A DNA stretch of 64,000 nucleotides, taken from NCBI GenBank assembly GCA_018646625.1, contig JABGUJ010000001.1, positions 69,534-133,533 on the forward strand, written 5' to 3'. Positions within the stretch are counted from its first letter, which is position 1; every line of letters begins with the position of its first letter. The translations under genes and the position numbers were made by a program. Shown piece after piece: positions 51,769-61,859 of this stretch. Below the pieces are notes generated by a model, which ran no database searches, was not told where the DNA came from, and worked only from the letters and a program-made list of their open reading frames with translations. The DNA comes from Candidatus Woesearchaeota archaeon. Lineage in GTDB: Archaea; Nanobdellota; Nanobdellia; Woesearchaeales; JABGUJ01.

Positions 51769-52184
51769 TCAAGGGCTTCCTCTGCTTTCTTAACCACCCC
51801 AAAGACGCTAAAACACCCCAAACCTACGGGAGGTCCTTGAGCTTTACCTTATACTCATAAACATCCTTTTGCTTCACAGCGCAAGAAGCAGATCTGCCAA
51901 GAAGCAAAAGCATCGAAAGGAGGCAAAGTAAGTCGATACTTTTCGGGCTATTTAAGTTGAGACTGAAAAAATTTTGGTGCTTATGGTTGAGCAGCGGATC
52001 TTGATGACGATGTTTAAGAGAAAGTAAATAGAGAATACGTAAGAAAAATAAGTAATAAGTTTGTAAGAAAAAAGTTACTTAACCAATCCCGCTGAGAAGG
52101 CTTCTTAGCGGGCTTTAATTCATTCACAAATCACACTGAAGAGGCTCCCTTTGCTTTTTCTAACCCCCCCAAACAAGGGAGCCT
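51769..52184. ncRNA. Candidate structured RNA or non-autonomous hairpin-ended element
   Basis: Multiple stems of 8-12 bp and a 30-nt imperfect direct repeat at both ends. Confidence 0.45.
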
Positions 52185-52240
52185 TTACACCCCTCATCAA
52201 AACAAAAAAGTATTTTAACAAAACAAGAATACTTGTTACT

Positions 52241-52771
52241 ATGAACGAAGAAGACGCAATAAAGCTGTTGAAGAAGTACTCTAAAGACGTAGACAGTTTT
52301 GAAGCAGTACTCGCACACTCCAAAGCAGTACAAAAAAATGCTCTAGAGATTGCAGATAAAATTACAAAGATAACAATCAACAAAGAATTTATCAAAATCG
52401 CATCAATTCTACACGACATTGGAAGATTCAATCATCCGCCCTGGTCAGACACAGTAATTCAACATGGAGTAGAAGGCGAAGCCATAATGAGAAAAGAAGG
52501 CTTTCCAGAAATTGCTAGAGTCTGCGCAAGACACGCAGGTGGTGCAGGAATAAGCAAAGAAGAAATCATAAAAAACAAATTCTCAATGCCTGCAAAAGAT
52601 TACTTCCCTGAAACACCAGAAGAGAAAATCATAGCGCTTGCAGATGTTACAACAGCAAACACAGAGAAAACTACAATTAAGGTAGCAGTAGAAAGATACA
52701 AAAAAGAAGTTAGCGAAAAACTTGCGAAAAGAATACAAAAACTCTATGATGAAGTTGAGTCTTGGAAATAA
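52241..52771 (+). CDS. HD (HDIG-like) domain protein
   Basis: HSKAV, LHDIGR, HGVEG, RH, EEKIIALAD. Confidence 0.85.
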   Translation: MNEEDAIKLLKKYSKDVDSFEAVLAHSKAVQKNALEIADKITKITINKEFIKIASILHDIGRFNHPPWSDTVIQHGVEGEAIMRKEGFPEIARVCARHAGGAGISKEEIIKNKFSMPAKDYFPETPEEKIIALADVTTANTEKTTIKVAVERYKKEVSEKLAKRIQKLYDEVESWK

Positions 52772-52905
52772 AAATACATCTTCTTTAGAAATCCACAGCC
52801 ACGAAACGACTGAAGCACTCAACGATCTCAAAACCTTTATATATAACCTCTAAAGATAACAAAGCAAGGGTTTTCTAGGCATAATAATTAGATAGGTGAA
52901 TTAAC

Positions 52906-53313
52906 ATGAGAGATGATAGCACACTAGAAGATAGATTACCGGTATTAGTCGTAGATGATGAACCACTGGTAGCAAAAGCAACAATGAGAACCTTGATCCA
53001 TTGCGATCACACATTTGAAACCGCAAAGAACGGAGTAGAAGCAGTAGAAAAAGCACAGGCAACAAGATACGGACTTATTATAATGGACGTTAACATGCCA
53101 AACAAGAACGGATACGATGCCACCAAAGAAATAAGAGATTACGAAAAACAACATGGTCTCCCTCCAACACCAATACTTGGCGTAACCAGTACAGATGCAC
53201 AAGCATGTCTAGAAGCGGGTATGGATGATCATGTAGACAAACCATTCGATAGAGCAATATTATTAGAAAAAGTAGCGGCCTTATACCAGCCAGAAATTCC
53301 TAGAGCCGAATAA
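52906..53313 (+). CDS. Orphan single-domain response regulator
   Basis: VVDDE, MDVNMP, AGMDDHVDKPF. Confidence 0.9.
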   Translation: MRDDSTLEDRLPVLVVDDEPLVAKATMRTLIHCDHTFETAKNGVEAVEKAQATRYGLIIMDVNMPNKNGYDATKEIRDYEKQHGLPPTPILGVTSTDAQACLEAGMDDHVDKPFDRAILLEKVAALYQPEIPRAE

Positions 53314-54655
53314 CTCTACGAGTAGAGACAAATGTAGAAATAATTGCACCTATCAGAAGACCTACCAACCCACCAAAAACACCCGCCACAATAATCACAG
53401 GAGTAATTCCTTTAACTAAGGTAAAAACAAAGGTAAAAACCAATCCAATAATCAAAGAGCAATTCAAGACAATTCTAGAAATATATCTTCTAATCCAAGT
53501 TGCCAACACAACAACAGAAAGAACCATAAATATCCCAGTCAGCAAAAAAGCAGCTTCTACGATACTCTCAAACAACCTCGCCACTAACATTCCAACGCCA
53601 ACAACACCGAATATAGCATATTTTAACACACCAGCCCAGTATTTGCTTCCTTTTTTTCTAAACACAATATCTTGAACTAGAACTGATGCAGTAATAAACG
53701 CAAAAGAATCCGCAGAACTCATGATCGCAGCAAACAATGCAACAACACCCAACCCAATAAAACCAGACGGTAACAAAACCATAAACCCCTCCACTAATGC
53801 CCGATCAGGATTTATACCTGGCAACTTTAATTTAATTATAATTGCAATAAAAGAAAGCAACACACCAAACGCCAAATACAAAATCATAGAATAAATGAAA
53901 CTTTTCTTCAAAGTTTTTACACTCTTAGCAGCATAAGATCTTTGCCACAAATCCGCAGCAGAAAAGGGAAACAACATACCAACAACAAGCAAAGGAATAA
54001 TCATTCCCGGACCAGCAGAAAAGAGTTGCCATTGTGAGGGTTCAAATGAAAAATTACTCACCAAGATAAAACCTAATGCACAAAACAAAACAATAATTGC
54101 AACAAACTGTATTAGATCTGTTTTAACGACTGCTTTAAAGCCACCAAGATAAAGATAAAATAAAATCACCAATCCAACAACCACAACACCTATGCTAAAA
54201 CTTAACCCAGTAAGAGATTGAATAATTTTAGAACCACCAATTAATTGTATAATAAAGTTCATAAAAATAGAAATAAGCAAGACAAAGGAAACAATCTTAC
54301 CAGTTCTTTCACCATATCTTCTATAAAAATAGTCAGACAAAGTATAATAATTATATTTGTCGCCTTCTTTCTTTATTTTTAGAGCAAAAAACAAGAAAAA
54401 CAAGTAACCAAACACCATACCAACATAAGCCCAAATTGCAGAAACACCATAAATATAAACTAAAGCAACATATGTAATAATCACACTAGCAGTAATCTTC
54501 GTTGCAGAAATCGTAGATACATTTGAAAACACACCTAAATTTTTCTTAGCAATTAAGAAATCTTCGCCAGATTCTTTTCTAGATGAAACATAACCAACAA
54601 GCGCCACAGACGCGAAATATAGCAAGATTAGAGCTAAATCTACATACGATATCAT
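53300..54655 (-). CDS. Sodium:solute symporter (SSS) family protein
   Basis: YLYLGGFKAVVKTDLIQ, AAIMSSADS; about 13 TM; start moved to ATG 54655. Confidence 0.9.
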   Translation of the reverse strand: MISYVDLALILLYFASVALVGYVSSRKESGEDFLIAKKNLGVFSNVSTISATKITASVIITYVALVYIYGVSAIWAYVGMVFGYLFFLFFALKIKKEGDKYNYYTLSDYFYRRYGERTGKIVSFVLLISIFMNFIIQLIGGSKIIQSLTGLSFSIGVVVVGLVILFYLYLGGFKAVVKTDLIQFVAIIVLFCALGFILVSNFSFEPSQWQLFSAGPGMIIPLLVVGMLFPFSAADLWQRSYAAKSVKTLKKSFIYSMILYLAFGVLLSFIAIIIKLKLPGINPDRALVEGFMVLLPSGFIGLGVVALFAAIMSSADSFAFITASVLVQDIVFRKKGSKYWAGVLKYAIFGVVGVGMLVARLFESIVEAAFLLTGIFMVLSVVVLATWIRRYISRIVLNCSLIIGLVFTFVFTLVKGITPVIIVAGVFGGLVGLLIGAIISTFVSTRRVIRL

Positions 54656-54707
54656 TCTCTTAACCACCAAACCTAAACACACAAAAGCAGAATAAGTATA
54701 TAACGAT

Positions 54708-54739
54708 ATGTTGTTAGTTAACATAACAACATTTAAATA
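54708..54739. promoter_or_regulatory. Palindrome ATGTTGTTA-N7-TAACAACAT abutting TATA (TTTAAATA) in the divergent symporter/trmB promoter
   Basis: 9-bp perfect inverted repeat. Confidence 0.6.
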
Positions 54740-54760
54740 AATTCCAAATAATGAATAAAC

Positions 54761-55492
54761 ATGCAAAGCATGAAAGAGAAATTAGAGTACGCCGGTTTAA
54801 CAGGTAATGAATCAAAAGTTTATCTTGAACTTCTAAAGCATGCAGAACTAAATGGAAATGAAGTTGCAAAGAAAACTGGTCTAGATAGAAGTTTATGCTA
54901 CACAGTTCTCAACAATTTAATAGAAAAAGCACTAGTTAGTTATGTAATCAAAGAAAAGAAAAGAGTTTTTAGCGCATCAGATCCAGAAAATCTTTTAAAA
55001 CCAATAAAACAGAAAGAAGAAGTCATCACATCATTAATTCCCGAGTTGAAAGCCGTCGAGAAGATCGTCTCTGGCGATCACAAAGTCACAATATATGAAA
55101 GTAAAGAAGGACTAAAAGTATTACTAAATAGTATTGAGAAATCAAAGACTGCAACCTTTTTTGGCGGTACAGGAAAAAGCTACGATATTCTAAAGTGGGA
55201 AATGAAACTCATAGAAAAAAAAGTAGTCAAGCTCGGAATAATAGTTAGAGGCATTATGAATTCAAAATACAAAAGTCATCAAATGATGGAACAAGATTTT
55301 GTAGACATAAGATTTTTAGACAACGTTGAAAGTGATGTCACCACCACAATCGGAGATGATTTCATAGGAATTCATGTTCTAAAAGAGAAACCATTCATAA
55401 TCATAATCCACAGCAAAGATGTAGCAAAAGGATACAAAGCATACTTCGAATTCATGTGGAGAGCCGCCGAAATACAAGAATTCTCGAAATAA
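54761..55492 (+). CDS. TrmB family transcriptional regulator
   Basis: GLTGNESKVYLELL...DRSLCYTVLNNLIEK; paralog of 12684..13409. Confidence 0.85.
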   Translation: MQSMKEKLEYAGLTGNESKVYLELLKHAELNGNEVAKKTGLDRSLCYTVLNNLIEKALVSYVIKEKKRVFSASDPENLLKPIKQKEEVITSLIPELKAVEKIVSGDHKVTIYESKEGLKVLLNSIEKSKTATFFGGTGKSYDILKWEMKLIEKKVVKLGIIVRGIMNSKYKSHQMMEQDFVDIRFLDNVESDVTTTIGDDFIGIHVLKEKPFIIIIHSKDVAKGYKAYFEFMWRAAEIQEFSK

Positions 55493-55564
55493 TATATTGT
55501 CACTGCGCAGTAATTAAAAACAGAAAGACTTATAAATCCTTATTTCTTACAAGTCATAGCTCAA

Positions 55565-58345
55565 ATGACATTAGAAACTAGTAAACTAGATCAATCTAGA
55601 GGATTAGACGCACTAGTTCTATTAGCACTTTCAGGAAAAGCGGGACACGAAACAGCTAGTAGAGAATACGCTAGTGACATGAGCGCTTTTAGAAGATTAA
55701 ACACAGACGCAATAGAAGCATGCTCACACAGACAAGCATTAAAATTAAGATTAGGAAGAAGATACAACAAATTCTGGCAGAAACATATAATGGGTGAAAT
55801 TGAAGAACTTGTACTGGCAGATGAAGTAAGCGGATCCGCATTAAAAGCAGCCAGAGAAGATGCAATTAACCTACCTACATTCTCAAGATACTATCATGAC
55901 AGATTAACAAGCAAAACTCTAAGAAAAAAAGGATGGATTGCGGAAGTAGCAACCATTCTAGGAGAAAGTACAGTTCTAAGAACATTTGTTTCTGCATTTG
56001 ATGATAGAAAAAGATACAAAGCAGCATACAAAGGCAGCCAATTCGTTGCAAGAGTCGCAGATTCCAAAGACAAATATCAATCACCAGAATTAGATTCAAT
56101 TTTAGATACTGTCTCCGCAGTAAGGGTAAGACAAGCAAAAGGAAACGTACTTGCAACTTCCTTTGTTAACGCAAGAAACTTACATGAAACATTAACAACC
56201 ACTGATTCAGTAGAAGAAAGAGCACAATACCTTAGAGAAACAAGCGACATCTTAACCGCATTGAGTGTTGTAGGTCAAGCACAAAATGGAAAAAACAGAT
56301 GGATGGAAACTAAATCTCACACATCATTATTCTATGATAAATTCTACCCGCTAGTAGATGAGAGACTACAAGACGAAAAAAGCAGACCTAACAAAAAAAG
56401 AATCCCGAAATCATATACAGATATAACAAAATTCCATGAATTCTGGACAACACAAGTATGCCCTGAAGAAACTAACTACATGCCTACTCACGGAGATGCT
56501 TTACCTACTAATTTCATATTAACTCAAAAAGATGAACAAAGAAAATATTCTCCTATAGACTTAGAATACGCATGTAAAGATTTTATTCAAAATCAGTTTG
56601 TTCAACTTTATGCAAAGTCGGGAATACTCGACTGGAACGGACAATCATTTGAGCTAGGTGGCATGCCTGTTGAGGATAATCTTCTTGCAGGCAATTATGC
56701 CACCTTTATTTCATTAATGGAAGCTACAGGACAGAGCACAAACACAACACTGGATGAATTTAGAGACACATACCAAAGACTAAAAGTCGAAAACTATCTA
56801 ATTTGGGCAACAAGACATCTACAAATTCCTAAAGTAATAGATGTAGCCAACGAAGCTGAATCAAAAGAAACTGCAAGATACTACTATACTCTCGCAGTTG
56901 AAGAAATGAAGAAATTAGGAATAGAAGATACGAACAACGCATTAGAATATACTAACAAAATCTTCGGCACACCCTATAATCTAGAATCAGATCAAGCCAA
57001 AATGAGAGAGATTCATGGTAGAACTCATCACGTTCTAAGCTCATTCGAACCTGAAGATCCTTATGATCCTCATGAAGAAACTGCAAAGCTTGCAAGAAAG
57101 TTCAGAAGGTCAAACATCGCCTCTAGAGTTTTAGTAGCAGGAGGAGCACTAGCAGTGGTTGCAGGATTAGCGGCAGGCGTAATAGGATTCGATGCATGGT
57201 ACGACAAATATGAAGATAAATCTAACGCTGCGAAACTTGTGGCGCTTTACGCAGCAGAACCAACAGTTATGAGAGCCAGCATAGGTCCAGTACAAGATGA
57301 ACAGATATCAATAAAGGCACTTCAGCTTGCCGACTTCGCATGCAGTAATCCACAAGCATCAAGAAGCGCGGAAAGAAAAGTATACTTTGATGATTGCAAT
57401 CCAGAAGTTGATCGATGGACTATCTACTATGCAAGTCAAGATCCATTTAAAGGAAGAGATATTATGGAAATTGCAAAAAATCTTGCAGGCAGTCATGAAT
57501 TCAGAGATTACGCAATTTACTTACCACCATCACTAGTTAGAGCAGTACTATCAAAACGTTTTGGCGGAGATGTAAAAGACAGACCCATAGGCGAAGGAAT
57601 GTTTAGAGACATAAGATCCGAAGCCATGCTTGATCCAATCGCAAAGTCCATTTGGCTAAACGAAGAACTGTTCCAAGCCGATAGTCAAAGAATAAGATAT
57701 AGATTAGACTCAAACTACGGTGACGCACTAATTAGAAATTATCAACAACTTGCAACAGAGAGAAGTGGTTGGCTCCAAAACACAGAAGAATATGGTCCAG
57801 AGAATGCAGGAGAAATGCCAGGAGTCACCTTAAACGACCACTTAGACTATGCAACAGGAAAAGTATCCAGAGATCTAATCAAAGCAATTGCAGAAATTAA
57901 CAATCAACACAACCCATACTCAACATCATACAGAGGCGGAGAAATGCATGGCTACGAGGGATTAGTTCTAATTGATCCTCACGACACCACAATGAGTTTT
58001 CACCCACACAGCGGACATTTACCTAAACCAGATAGAATTGCAAGACCAATAGAAAAACTAATTGAAATACTAGATGAATACGACATAGATCCTAACAACC
58101 CCTTAGCAGATATAGATTACAAGCCGGGACCTGGTGCAGATGAGAACGCAACAAGACAAAACTTAAGATTACAAGGTGCACTTATAGAATATCTCACTTC
58201 AGGATTTGTTCATAGAGATTTAGAAGAAATAGCAAACACGTTTGGAGTGACACAAGAAAAAATCTTCAGAACAAGTATAGTACATCTAGCTGCAGAACAA
58301 ATAATTGGAAAAGCATACCTACAACAATACATGAGAGAAAACTAA
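55565..58345 (+). CDS. Single-pass membrane protein with N-terminal APH/choline-kinase-like domain
   Basis: HGDALPTNF and PIDLE kinase motifs; TM VLVAGGALAVVAGLAAGVIGF; about 380-aa C-terminal region. Confidence 0.6.
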   Translation: MTLETSKLDQSRGLDALVLLALSGKAGHETASREYASDMSAFRRLNTDAIEACSHRQALKLRLGRRYNKFWQKHIMGEIEELVLADEVSGSALKAAREDAINLPTFSRYYHDRLTSKTLRKKGWIAEVATILGESTVLRTFVSAFDDRKRYKAAYKGSQFVARVADSKDKYQSPELDSILDTVSAVRVRQAKGNVLATSFVNARNLHETLTTTDSVEERAQYLRETSDILTALSVVGQAQNGKNRWMETKSHTSLFYDKFYPLVDERLQDEKSRPNKKRIPKSYTDITKFHEFWTTQVCPEETNYMPTHGDALPTNFILTQKDEQRKYSPIDLEYACKDFIQNQFVQLYAKSGILDWNGQSFELGGMPVEDNLLAGNYATFISLMEATGQSTNTTLDEFRDTYQRLKVENYLIWATRHLQIPKVIDVANEAESKETARYYYTLAVEEMKKLGIEDTNNALEYTNKIFGTPYNLESDQAKMREIHGRTHHVLSSFEPEDPYDPHEETAKLARKFRRSNIASRVLVAGGALAVVAGLAAGVIGFDAWYDKYEDKSNAAKLVALYAAEPTVMRASIGPVQDEQISIKALQLADFACSNPQASRSAERKVYFDDCNPEVDRWTIYYASQDPFKGRDIMEIAKNLAGSHEFRDYAIYLPPSLVRAVLSKRFGGDVKDRPIGEGMFRDIRSEAMLDPIAKSIWLNEELFQADSQRIRYRLDSNYGDALIRNYQQLATERSGWLQNTEEYGPENAGEMPGVTLNDHLDYATGKVSRDLIKAIAEINNQHNPYSTSYRGGEMHGYEGLVLIDPHDTTMSFHPHSGHLPKPDRIARPIEKLIEILDEYDIDPNNPLADIDYKPGPGADENATRQNLRLQGALIEYLTSGFVHRDLEEIANTFGVTQEKIFRTSIVHLAAEQIIGKAYLQQYMREN

Positions 58346-59253
58346 AGTTCAACTATTCTTTGATTTCTTAAAAGATCCGCAATTTGATTTACAATCGTAT
58401 GCATCGCCATAACACAACGTAACTGCTTTGCATCACTTGTTTTATCAATAAACTTTTCAAATCCTTCATCTATCTCTCTATATTTATTCTCCATATCAGA
58501 AGACATTTGCAAATCAAATTTATAGAATATCTTTTGATAAAGGTGCAACAACTCATTAATCATACCAAACAAATCAATAATTTTCTTATCAAAAACCACT
58601 TTGTGTTTAGTTATATAGTTACACAATCCATCAAGATTATCACCCAACTGCTCCAACACAAGAATATTGTGAAACAAAACCTTTGCCTTTCGTTCATCTC
58701 CAACTCCAATCTTATTCAAAATCCTCAAACAAAAGAACATAAATCTATTAACGCTCAGATCCATCTTTTCAATTCTAGATAAATCATATGACTTCTTTTT
58801 AATTTCATCATACGCTTCCTGAGACATCTGATTAATAATTAACATCGCTCTTCTAAACATTGTATTAAACTCATCACCAGCAATTATAGATACATCTTTA
58901 ATCATAACAGAATTCTTACCTTGCGAAACAATCTCATAACCAATTAATTGACTTACGATATAGTCAAGTTTTGATAGTTTTTTAGGATCTTCAGATCTAA
59001 TCTCAAGTTCATCCACTCCCTTAACATACAAAGCCAAAATAGAATAATTAAAGGTCTTAGTTCTAAGATTAGTTATGTTCAAAGAAGACTTTTGGGCTAA
59101 CTTTTTGTCCTGATCTAAATTAATAATTAACTTACCATCTTCTTGATCCAAATCAAGCTCTTGACCTTTTATTATACCAAATTGTTTAACCCATTTAGAA
59201 GGAAGACTAACCATAAGAGTCGCAGGACCTTGCTGTACAACCTTTCTCCTCAT
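58342..59253 (-). CDS. AbrB + PhoU-domain regulator (archaeal phosphate uptake regulator family)
   Basis: RKVVQQG..TLMVSLPSKWV, LEQLGD. Confidence 0.8.
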   Translation of the reverse strand: MRRKVVQQGPATLMVSLPSKWVKQFGIIKGQELDLDQEDGKLIINLDQDKKLAQKSSLNITNLRTKTFNYSILALYVKGVDELEIRSEDPKKLSKLDYIVSQLIGYEIVSQGKNSVMIKDVSIIAGDEFNTMFRRAMLIINQMSQEAYDEIKKKSYDLSRIEKMDLSVNRFMFFCLRILNKIGVGDERKAKVLFHNILVLEQLGDNLDGLCNYITKHKVVFDKKIIDLFGMINELLHLYQKIFYKFDLQMSSDMENKYREIDEGFEKFIDKTSDAKQLRCVMAMHTIVNQIADLLRNQRIVEL

Positions 59254-59393
59254 AGAATTATATAGAAATCACAATTATTTAAGGCTTTCTAAAACATTCG
59301 AATATAATAATGCATTATTATTATATTAGGATTAAATATATATCTAATTTTTCCAACCTTGTCACTAAAAAGTTACTAAACGGAGGGTGGCAA

Positions 59394-61595
59394 ATGAGAA
59401 AACTCATAACCATAGCAATATTAGGGTTATTTATCTTAGGTATATTCGGCTGCGGAAATAACACAACAGGCGAAGTAATAAAATCACAAAAGGAACCAAT
59501 AGTGTTTGGAGGAATCCTAGCACTAACGGGTGGAGGATCAGAGTACGGCATCCCAGAACAAAAAGGCGCAATGCTCGCAGTTGAAGAAATAAACGCAGCA
59601 GGCGGAATCAATGGAAGACCATTAAAAATAGTTTGGGAAGATGGAAGATGTAACGCAAAAGATGCATCCACTGCAGCTCAAAAATTAATCAACTTTGATA
59701 AAGTCAGAATTATGTGGGGCGGAGCATGTTCAAGTGAAGTGCTTGGCGCAGCACCTGTCGCAGAATCAAACAAAGTAATTCTTATGACATCTTCAGGCGA
59801 AAGTTCCGAGATCAGCAACGCAGGTGATTACATATTTAGAAACATCGGACCACAATCACTGCAAGCAAACAGATTAGCAGAATTTACAATTGAAAACAAC
59901 TGGAAAAAGATTGGCACATTATCAGAAAACTCTGATTATGCAATTGACTTAAACAAAGGATTCGAGAAAAAAGTAGTAGAACTTGGTGGAGAAATTGTAT
60001 CATCACAAAAATACAATCCAGAAGCAAAAGACTATAGAACTGAACTAACTAAAATTCTAGAAAAAAATCCAGATGCAGTGTTTATCAACACACAAAGTGC
60101 AGCAAAAGGAGCATTAGCACTAAAACAACTTCAAGAATTAGGTTTCAAAGGACAGGTTTTAGGTAACACAGTAATGGCTAGTGACGACGTACTAACAAAG
60201 TACAAAGAATACACTGAAGAATTAATTCTCTTTGACGCAAAATACGACGAAGGAGAATCAAACGCTGCAAATTTCATGGAAGCATTCAAAGAAAAATACG
60301 ACGTAGACACGGTCCCATACCCATTCTTTAGTGCAGCATCATATGACGCCATACATATCCTGGCTGAAGCAGTAGAACAAGTTGGATACGATGCAGACAG
60401 AGTAAAACAACACCTCTACAGCATAAAGAACAGAAAAGGCGCAGCAAATGTATTAACATTTGATGAAAACGGAGACGGAACTACGAACTACGTTGCCAAA
60501 ATTTCCAAAAATGGAAAACTAACGGAAATAAAAGCACAAGCTCCAACCGGAAAACCAATCGTCATAGGATTCTTAGGACCAATGACCGGGGACAACGCAG
60601 AATTAGGAGAGAACGAACAACACGTCGTAGAAATAGCACTAGAAGAAATAAACAACGCAGGAGGAATAAATGGAAGACCTGTAAAAGTTATTTACGAAGA
60701 CTCAAGATGCAGTGCAAAAGATGCCACTAATGCAGCAAAGAAACTTACAGAAATGGATAAAGTAGAGATTATTCTTGGAGGAATTTGTTCAGGAGAAACT
60801 TTGGCTGCAGCACCAATTGCAGAACAAAACAAAGTGATACTATTTTCGGCATTCTCAAGTAACCCAGACATAAAAAATGCAGGAGACTATGTATTTAGAA
60901 ACTCTGTTGTAGACGACCAAGGTGCAGTTGTATTAGCAAAAGTTGTAGCCAAAGATCACAAAAAGGTAGCATTACTAACAGAAAACACAGCCTATCCCGT
61001 AGCCATGGCAAGGGAATTTAAGAAAGAATTTGCAAAACTAGGCGGAGAAGTAATTATTGAAGAAGTGCACGAAATAACCTCCAAAGATTACAGAGCACAG
61101 CTAACAAAGATTAAAGCAAAGAGTCCAGACGCAGTAATCTTCAACGCACAAGGAGGCACATCAGGTGGAACAGGAATTCTACAAGCACACGAACTTCAAG
61201 TTCCTGGAGAGTATATTGCCACATACTATGCAAGCGGAAACAGCTTTCTAACAAAAGTTGGAGACTTAGCAGAAGGCATAAAATTCATCGACTCAGAACC
61301 GCTTGATGAAAATAGTGCTAAAACCCAGAATTTAATGAAAAAATATCTTGCAAGAGCAGGTCACAAACCTTCAAATGTTTTTGAAGCTGGCGCAAGATAC
61401 GATTCAGTATACATTCTGAAAGAAGCAATAGAAGCTGTTGGATACGATGCAGAGAAAATAAAAGACTACCTCTACAACATAGAATTCAAAGGAACTCTAG
61501 GAGAATATCATTTTGATAGCTACGGAGAACCAGTTGGAATTGATTATGTTGGATTTGTAATAAAAAATGGCGAACCAGCACTTTTAGAAGAATAA
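59394..61595 (+). CDS. Lipoprotein with two tandem LivJ/LivK-type branched-chain amino acid binding domains
   Basis: IFGC lipobox; two copies of EEIN.AGGINGRP...ED..C...GDY.FRN; start moved to ATG 59394. Confidence 0.88.
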   Translation: MRKLITIAILGLFILGIFGCGNNTTGEVIKSQKEPIVFGGILALTGGGSEYGIPEQKGAMLAVEEINAAGGINGRPLKIVWEDGRCNAKDASTAAQKLINFDKVRIMWGGACSSEVLGAAPVAESNKVILMTSSGESSEISNAGDYIFRNIGPQSLQANRLAEFTIENNWKKIGTLSENSDYAIDLNKGFEKKVVELGGEIVSSQKYNPEAKDYRTELTKILEKNPDAVFINTQSAAKGALALKQLQELGFKGQVLGNTVMASDDVLTKYKEYTEELILFDAKYDEGESNAANFMEAFKEKYDVDTVPYPFFSAASYDAIHILAEAVEQVGYDADRVKQHLYSIKNRKGAANVLTFDENGDGTTNYVAKISKNGKLTEIKAQAPTGKPIVIGFLGPMTGDNAELGENEQHVVEIALEEINNAGGINGRPVKVIYEDSRCSAKDATNAAKKLTEMDKVEIILGGICSGETLAAAPIAEQNKVILFSAFSSNPDIKNAGDYVFRNSVVDDQGAVVLAKVVAKDHKKVALLTENTAYPVAMAREFKKEFAKLGGEVIIEEVHEITSKDYRAQLTKIKAKSPDAVIFNAQGGTSGGTGILQAHELQVPGEYIATYYASGNSFLTKVGDLAEGIKFIDSEPLDENSAKTQNLMKKYLARAGHKPSNVFEAGARYDSVYILKEAIEAVGYDAEKIKDYLYNIEFKGTLGEYHFDSYGEPVGIDYVGFVIKNGEPALLEE

Positions 61596-61619
61596 TTTAT
61601 TTTTTTCTTTTTCTTTAAA

Positions 61620-61775
61620 TTACAACAAATCTTTAATTCTTTTTCCGCCACGACACACAACACACACAGCACTTTCAGAATCAAAACAATTCTTACCAAC
61701 TAAAGCCCCACATTTCTTACAAGTACAACTAGCCACCTCAACCTTACACACCTGACATTGCTTTAACACATCCAT
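61620..61775 (-). CDS. 51-aa Cys-rich zinc-finger protein
   Basis: Absent from the ORF track; MDVLKQCQVC...CKKCGALVGKNC...CVVC... Confidence 0.7.
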   Translation of the reverse strand: MDVLKQCQVCKVEVASCTCKKCGALVGKNCFDSESAVCVVCRGGKRIKDLL

Positions 61776-61859
61776 AAGAATAAGGGAGCCAGACAGCTAT
61801 ATAACACTTTCTTCCAAAGATACGTTAATTTTATAAATACAAACCAGACCAATCTCTCT

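Noticed and set aside
51769..52184. RNase P RNA, SRP RNA or cobalamin riboswitch
   Set aside because: Conserved signatures (GAGGAAAGUCC, the SRP helix-8 motif, the B12 box) were not found on either strand; kept as an unknown structured element
47942..52771. HD proteins near a DinG/XPD helicase as Cas3 or type IV CRISPR components
   Set aside because: The HD proteins match HDDC2/HDIG types, the helicase is a standard Fe-S XPD, and there is no array or other cas gene
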